Shown: positions 59,890 to 64,000 of the stretch, piece by piece | How positions within the stretch are numbered: position 1 is the stretch's first letter | Layout: each line of letters begins with the position of its first letter | Origin: an uncultured bacterium | GTDB taxonomy: Bacteria > Auribacterota > Erginobacteria > Erginobacterales > Erginobacteraceae | DNA: 64,000 nt | NCBI GenBank assembly: GCA_963822585.1 | Contig: CAWGIE010000035.1 | Span: 32,001-96,000 of the forward strand | Direction: 5' to 3' | Made by a program: the position numbers and the translations under genes | The notes under the pieces: model-generated | The model's input: only the letters and a program-made list of their open reading frames with translations | What the model was told of the DNA's origin: nothing | The model's database searches: none

Positions 59890-61515
59890 ATGAATAAAGA
59901 TATCTTCTGTCGCTACTGTCTGGGCACGGTTTTGCGCCGTCTCCTGATTGTTTTTCTCTGCCTGGTTCCCTTGCCCGCCTGCTCCCGCGAGGCGCCTGTC
60001 GGTCAACCTGAAAAGCCGGGACAGGATATTCGTCCCCCGGCGGTGGCGGGAGGTTTTTACCCCGCTGACCCGGTCGAACTGACCCGGATGGTCGACGGGT
60101 TCCTGGCTGCGGCTGGAAACCACAAACCGGATGGGAAAATCATCGCCCTGCTCGCTCCCCATGCCGGGTATCCTTATTCGGGCCCGACCGCCGCCCACTC
60201 CTTCGCCCTGCTGAAAGGTTCGGGTGTGAAGACGGTTTTTTTGATCGGCTGCTCGCACCATGCCTACTTCCCGGGGGTCTCGGTTTACGGCGGCGACGGC
60301 TACCGGACGCCGCTGGGCGTGGTGCCGGTCAACAAGGAACTGGCGGAGTGGATGCGGGAACAGGACCCGAATATCGCCTATTACCCGGGCGCTAACGCTC
60401 AGGAACATTCCCTGGAAGTCGAGCTTCCGTTTCTGCAGCGGGTGCTGACGGATTTCAAGATAGTCCCGATTTTGCTCGGACAGACGGACGAGAAAACGGT
60501 CCAGAGGCTGGGAAAGATCCTGACCGAGGCGGTGAAGAAGGCGCCGGACCCGGTGATCGTCTGCAGCAGCGACATGACCCACTATCCGCCCGAGAAAGAC
60601 GCCCGGCGGATCGACCGGGAGACCCTGGAGGCCATCGCCTCGATGAACCCGGCGGCGGTGGCGGCGGTCCAGAAAAAGCACATCCCCGGCCCGGTCCCCA
60701 ACTTGGTCTGCACGATGTGCGGGGAAGAAGCGTTGCTCGTCACCATGGAGGCGGCGAAGCTGCTGGGGGCGGACCGGGCCGAGATCCTGGATTACTCGAA
60801 TTCCGGGGGTGTTTCTTTCGGCGACCAGAACCGGGTCGTCGGCTACGGCGCGGTTGCTTTTCTCAAATCAGTTGACCCCACAGCTCCCGCAGAACAGACG
60901 GGAGCGGGGAACGATAATCCCATCCAGGAGACTACGATGACCGAAGAAAAAAATCATCAGGAAGGAATGAGCCCGGCGGCGCACCGGCACCTGCTGGAGA
61001 TTGCCCGCCAGGCCCTGACCGCCGCGGTCAGCGGGCGCCCGCTCCCCCAAACACCGGTGACCGACAGTGAGCTCCAGGGGCACCAGGGTGCTTTCGTCAC
61101 CCTGACCGAGAAGGGCCGCTTGAGAGGCTGTATCGGACAGTTCACCGCCGATCGGCCGCTTTATCAGGTTGTCCGCGAGATGGCGCAGGCTTCGGCGCTG
61201 CGGGATACCCGTTTTCCCCCGGTTCAGCCGTCGGAACTCCCCGATATCTCTATCGAGATATCGGTCCTCTCGCCGATGCGCCGGATCACCGACCCGATGA
61301 AGGAAGTGGAGCTGGGCAAGCATGGGATCTACATCAAACGGGGCTGGCATGCCGGGACCTATCTCCCCCAGGTGGCAACGGAAAACAATATGTCGAAGGA
61401 AGAGTTCCTCTCCTCCTGCAGCGCCCATAAGGCGGGCCTTCCCCCCGACGCCTGGAAGGACCCGGATACCGAGGTGTACGTCTATACCGCCGAAGTCTTC
61501 GGTGAAGGCGAGTAG
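59890..61515 (+). CDS. amrB: AmmeMemoRadiSam protein B (MEMO1-like) fused to protein A (AMMECR1-like), with N-terminal export-like signal
   Basis: R.PAVAG.FYP, PHAGY.YSG, EHSLEV.LPFLQ, SSD.THY, CG, VVGY; then GAFVTL...LRGCIG, D.RF, EISVLSP, GT.LPQVA. Confidence 0.92.
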   Translation: MNKDIFCRYCLGTVLRRLLIVFLCLVPLPACSREAPVGQPEKPGQDIRPPAVAGGFYPADPVELTRMVDGFLAAAGNHKPDGKIIALLAPHAGYPYSGPTAAHSFALLKGSGVKTVFLIGCSHHAYFPGVSVYGGDGYRTPLGVVPVNKELAEWMREQDPNIAYYPGANAQEHSLEVELPFLQRVLTDFKIVPILLGQTDEKTVQRLGKILTEAVKKAPDPVIVCSSDMTHYPPEKDARRIDRETLEAIASMNPAAVAAVQKKHIPGPVPNLVCTMCGEEALLVTMEAAKLLGADRAEILDYSNSGGVSFGDQNRVVGYGAVAFLKSVDPTAPAEQTGAGNDNPIQETTMTEEKNHQEGMSPAAHRHLLEIARQALTAAVSGRPLPQTPVTDSELQGHQGAFVTLTEKGRLRGCIGQFTADRPLYQVVREMAQASALRDTRFPPVQPSELPDISIEISVLSPMRRITDPMKEVELGKHGIYIKRGWHAGTYLPQVATENNMSKEEFLSSCSAHKAGLPPDAWKDPDTEVYVYTAEVFGEGE

Positions 61516-61520
61516 CGGAG

Positions 61521-61550
61521 AGTAGCACAGACATTCCTGTCTGTGCTACT
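61521..61550. repeat. GTAG-type REP-like palindrome
   Basis: agtagcacagaca-ttcc-tgtctgtgctact directly after the amrB/A stop. Confidence 0.6.
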
Positions 61551-61657
61551 GTAATGCTGACGCGAATCGAAGTGTTCGTCCCGATCCCGGGGGAGGACGG
61601 GGTGATATTTTTCCTGACTCCTGATGGGGATACGCAGTGCTTCCCCAAAAAATAATT

Positions 61658-61685
61658 TTGACGGAGGTGCCCGTGGTGGTATAAT
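61658..61685 (+). promoter_or_regulatory. Near-consensus sigma70 promoter with extended -10
   Basis: TTGACG-N16-TATAAT with TG at the extended -10 position. Confidence 0.75.
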
Positions 61686-61755
61686 TGGTCCGTCGGGAAA
61701 ATAAACTGGGGTCTGACGGTGAACAAGTTCTCAGCGGGAAATTGTCGTTTCTCCT

Positions 61756-61790
61756 AAGCCCGGGCCGAGTATTCGGCCCGGGCTTTTTTT
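61756..61790 (+). terminator. Strong intrinsic terminator between the promoter and the DUF1566 gene
   Basis: aagcccgggccga-gtat-tcggcccgggctt-ttttt. Confidence 0.8.
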
Positions 61791-61864
61791 CTGGCCCCAA
61801 CTCTTCAGAAACCAACCCGCCGGGGGAACAGTAACCCCGGGGGAAAAACGCAGGAGGTGAGGCG

Positions 61865-62799
61865 ATGAAGAACGGGACGATCGTGGGGGCGATTGTACTG
61901 GCCGCGGCCTGGTCAGCGGGGATTTTGGCCGCCGACTTCAACGGGGACGGGACCCCGGACGTGGCGGTCTTCCGGCCGACCTCAGGTCTCTGGTCGGTGC
62001 GGGCAGTGACCAGGTTTTATTTCGGGCAGAGCGGGGATACGCCGGTGGCGGGGGATTACAACGGGGTCGGGGTGGATGCGGCGGCGGTCTTCCGTTCCGG
62101 TAGCGGACTCTGGACGGTCCGGGGGGTGACCCGGGTCTATTTCGGGGGAAGCCCGGACCAGGCGGTGGTGGGGGACTACAGCGGCAACGGCCGGAACAAC
62201 TTTGCCGTCTTTCGGCCCTCCACCGGTCTCTGGGCGGTGAGGAACTTGACCCGGATCTACTTCGGAAGCTCGGACGACCTCCCGGTCCCGGCCGGGCGGA
62301 CCGCCCGGAAGGGACTCCAGAAGACCGGTCAGAGCACCAGCTACCAGGAATATGACGACGGGTATTACACGGCAGGGCTGGCCTTCAGTTACCAGACCGA
62401 GGCCCCCAACCCCTCCAACCCGGGCCAGGTGGTCACCATCGACAAGGTAACCGGGTTAATGTGGGCCACTTACGGGGACACGGGCCGGCTGCAATTTCGG
62501 GGCCCGGACCGACTGGAAGTCTGCTCTTAACTGGGCCTATAACCTGATCTACGCCGGCTACTCCGACTGGAGGGTCCCCATTGTCCGTTAACTGCAGTCG
62601 CTGATCGATTACGGCAAGAACGATATTGCAATCATGTCCAATTTACTTTCCGGACACCAAGTCGGACTACTACTACTCCTCGACTACGTCCGACAGCATT
62701 CCCACGTTCGCCTGGGAAGTGCATTTCATCAACGGCTACGTCAACTACAACACCAAGGCCACCAGCTACTATGTCCGGGCGGTGCGCGGCGGCGAGTAG
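61865..62799 (+). CDS. Exported protein: three DYNGDG repeats plus DUF1566 (Lcl C-terminal, CLec fold); two frameshifts and one TAA as assembled
   Basis: AGGAGG RBS, signal peptide; KTGQ..SY...DDG, D.VTGLMW, AGYSDWRVP...LQSLIDY, YYSSTT...AW.V.F..G.V....K....YVRAVRGG-stop across frames. Confidence 0.8.
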
Positions 62800-62823
62800 C
62801 CGTGCCTTTGATAATTTGACCAT

Positions 62824-62851
62824 TCCGCGCTCCGATTCATCGGAGCGCGGA
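62824..62851. other. 12-bp GC-rich hairpin/cruciform 24 nt after the DUF1566 stop
   Basis: tccgcgctccga-ttca-tcggagcgcgga; a second hairpin at 62880-62922. Confidence 0.8.
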
Positions 62852-63032
62852 GTATAGACGTTTAAACCATTTAATTTAACAAGACATTCCCCGTCCCGTA
62901 ACCCGGGGCGGGGAATGTCTTGCCCCGGGTATCGCCCTCCCGCGAGTTCGCTCTCTTCCCGTCCGGCCAAAGATCCTTGTTTTTTCCTCCCGGAAGTGCT
63001 TTCCTGCGCCGGAAGACGAAGCAGACTGTCAG

Positions 63033-63920
63033 ATGAGAATCGGAGCGCACATCTCGATCGCGGGGGGGGTGGCGAAGGCGGTGGACCGGGCGAAGGCGGC
63101 CGGGTGCGAGGCGGTCCAGATCTTCAGCGGGAACCCCCGGGGGTGGAAGATCGTTCCATTCAACCTCTCGGCGGCGACCGGTTTCCGCCGCCGCTGCCGC
63201 GAGGAGAATATTTACCCGGTCTTCATTCACTCCCCTTACCTGATCAACCTCTCCGCCCCCGACGAAGAAATCTACGGCAAGTCCCTGGCGGCCTTCCAAA
63301 ACGATCTACAGCGTTCCGACCTGCTGGGGGCGGACGGCTTCGTCATCCACGTCGGCTATCACCGGGGGGAGGGGATGGAGGCGGGGGTGGCGAAGATGGC
63401 CGGGGCCTTGAGAGAAAGCCTGGTCGACCTCCCGAGTCTGAAGACCACCATCCTCCTGGAGAACACCGCTTCCGCCGGCTCCAGTCTCGGCCACCGCTTC
63501 GAGGTCATCGCCGAGATCATGAACCACTCGGGGGCGGGGGAGAAGCTCGGTCTCTGCCTCGATACCTGCCATGCCTATGTCTCCGGGTATGACGTCGCCA
63601 CCGCCCGGGGACTGGACCGGATGCTCCGGAAGATAGACCGCCTGATTGGTCTGGATCGTCTCCGGGTGGTCCATTTCAATGACAGCAAGTTCGGTCTGGG
63701 TTCCCGCCGCGACCGGCACGAGCACATCGGCCGGGGAAAGATCGGGATGGCCGGGATGCGCCGGATCGCCCGCCACCCGGCCCTGCAGAACAAGACGTTC
63801 ATCCTGGAGACGCCGAAAGAGACTCCGGAGGATGATCCCCGCAACGTCGCCCTTGTTAAATCATTCAGAGAAAATCTACCACGAAGGACACGAAGAACAC
63901 GAAGGAGAATGAAAGAATAA
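63033..63920 (+). CDS. nfo: Endonuclease IV (AP endonuclease)
   Basis: IGAHISIAGG, QIF..NPR.W, HSPYLINL, LLENTA, CLDTCH, HFNDSK, DRHEHIG.G.IG, ILETP. Confidence 0.96.
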   Translation: MRIGAHISIAGGVAKAVDRAKAAGCEAVQIFSGNPRGWKIVPFNLSAATGFRRRCREENIYPVFIHSPYLINLSAPDEEIYGKSLAAFQNDLQRSDLLGADGFVIHVGYHRGEGMEAGVAKMAGALRESLVDLPSLKTTILLENTASAGSSLGHRFEVIAEIMNHSGAGEKLGLCLDTCHAYVSGYDVATARGLDRMLRKIDRLIGLDRLRVVHFNDSKFGLGSRRDRHEHIGRGKIGMAGMRRIARHPALQNKTFILETPKETPEDDPRNVALVKSFRENLPRRTRRTRRRMKE

Positions 63921-63971
63921 GAAAATGAAGTGATACCGTATCTCTCCTTTGTGTCTTTGTGCCTTTGTGGT
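63878..63971. repeat. CACGAAG left arm (inside the nfo 3' end) paired with a CTTTGTG-variant right arm
   Basis: accacgaaggacacgaagaacacgaag ... ctttgtgtctttgtgcctttgtggt. Confidence 0.8.
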
Positions 63972-64000
63972 AAAAAGTATTTTGGGCCTGAAAAGACCCC

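Noticed and set aside
16378..63971. Repeats interpreted as a CRISPR array
   Set aside because: Copies are dispersed and inverted, with no regular repeat-spacer series and no cas genes
61865..64000. A complete DGR cassette in this window
   Set aside because: No reverse transcriptase, Avd or second copy of the variable region is present; only a putative remote target is supported

Overview
GC-rich chromosomal segment of a diderm bacterium (type II secretion, a TonB-dependent receptor, a GT9 transferase). The repeat style and secreted-protein modules suggest an uncultured PVC-group-like lineage, but that is an impression, not a result. In order it holds: the distal gspFGHIJKLM T2SS cluster; a ~1970-aa secreted multidomain protein; GT9, GT2 and UDP-sugar pyrophosphorylase genes; a lone receiver plus an unusual histidine kinase-CoA-disulfide reductase-rhodanese fusion; pckG, a macrodomain protein and a TonB receptor; an intact IS3 element; a GH64 glucanase; housekeeping genes; a complete trpE-trpGD-C-F-B-A operon with a cryptic Trp-rich attenuator; tRNA-Ala(GGC); two more large secreted proteins; an AmmeMemoRadiSam B/A fusion; a DUF1566 (Lcl/CLec) gene with the hallmarks of a remote diversity-generating-retroelement (DGR) target; and nfo. 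Four exported proteins share a D-Y-N-G-D-G repeat module. Most intergenic gaps hold mosaics of short tandem and inverted repeat families. Many single-base frameshifts, mostly beyond ~39.9 kb and including one in trpA, look like assembly errors, so broken ORFs there are treated as intact genes. All family assignments come from motif recognition by eye; no searches were run.
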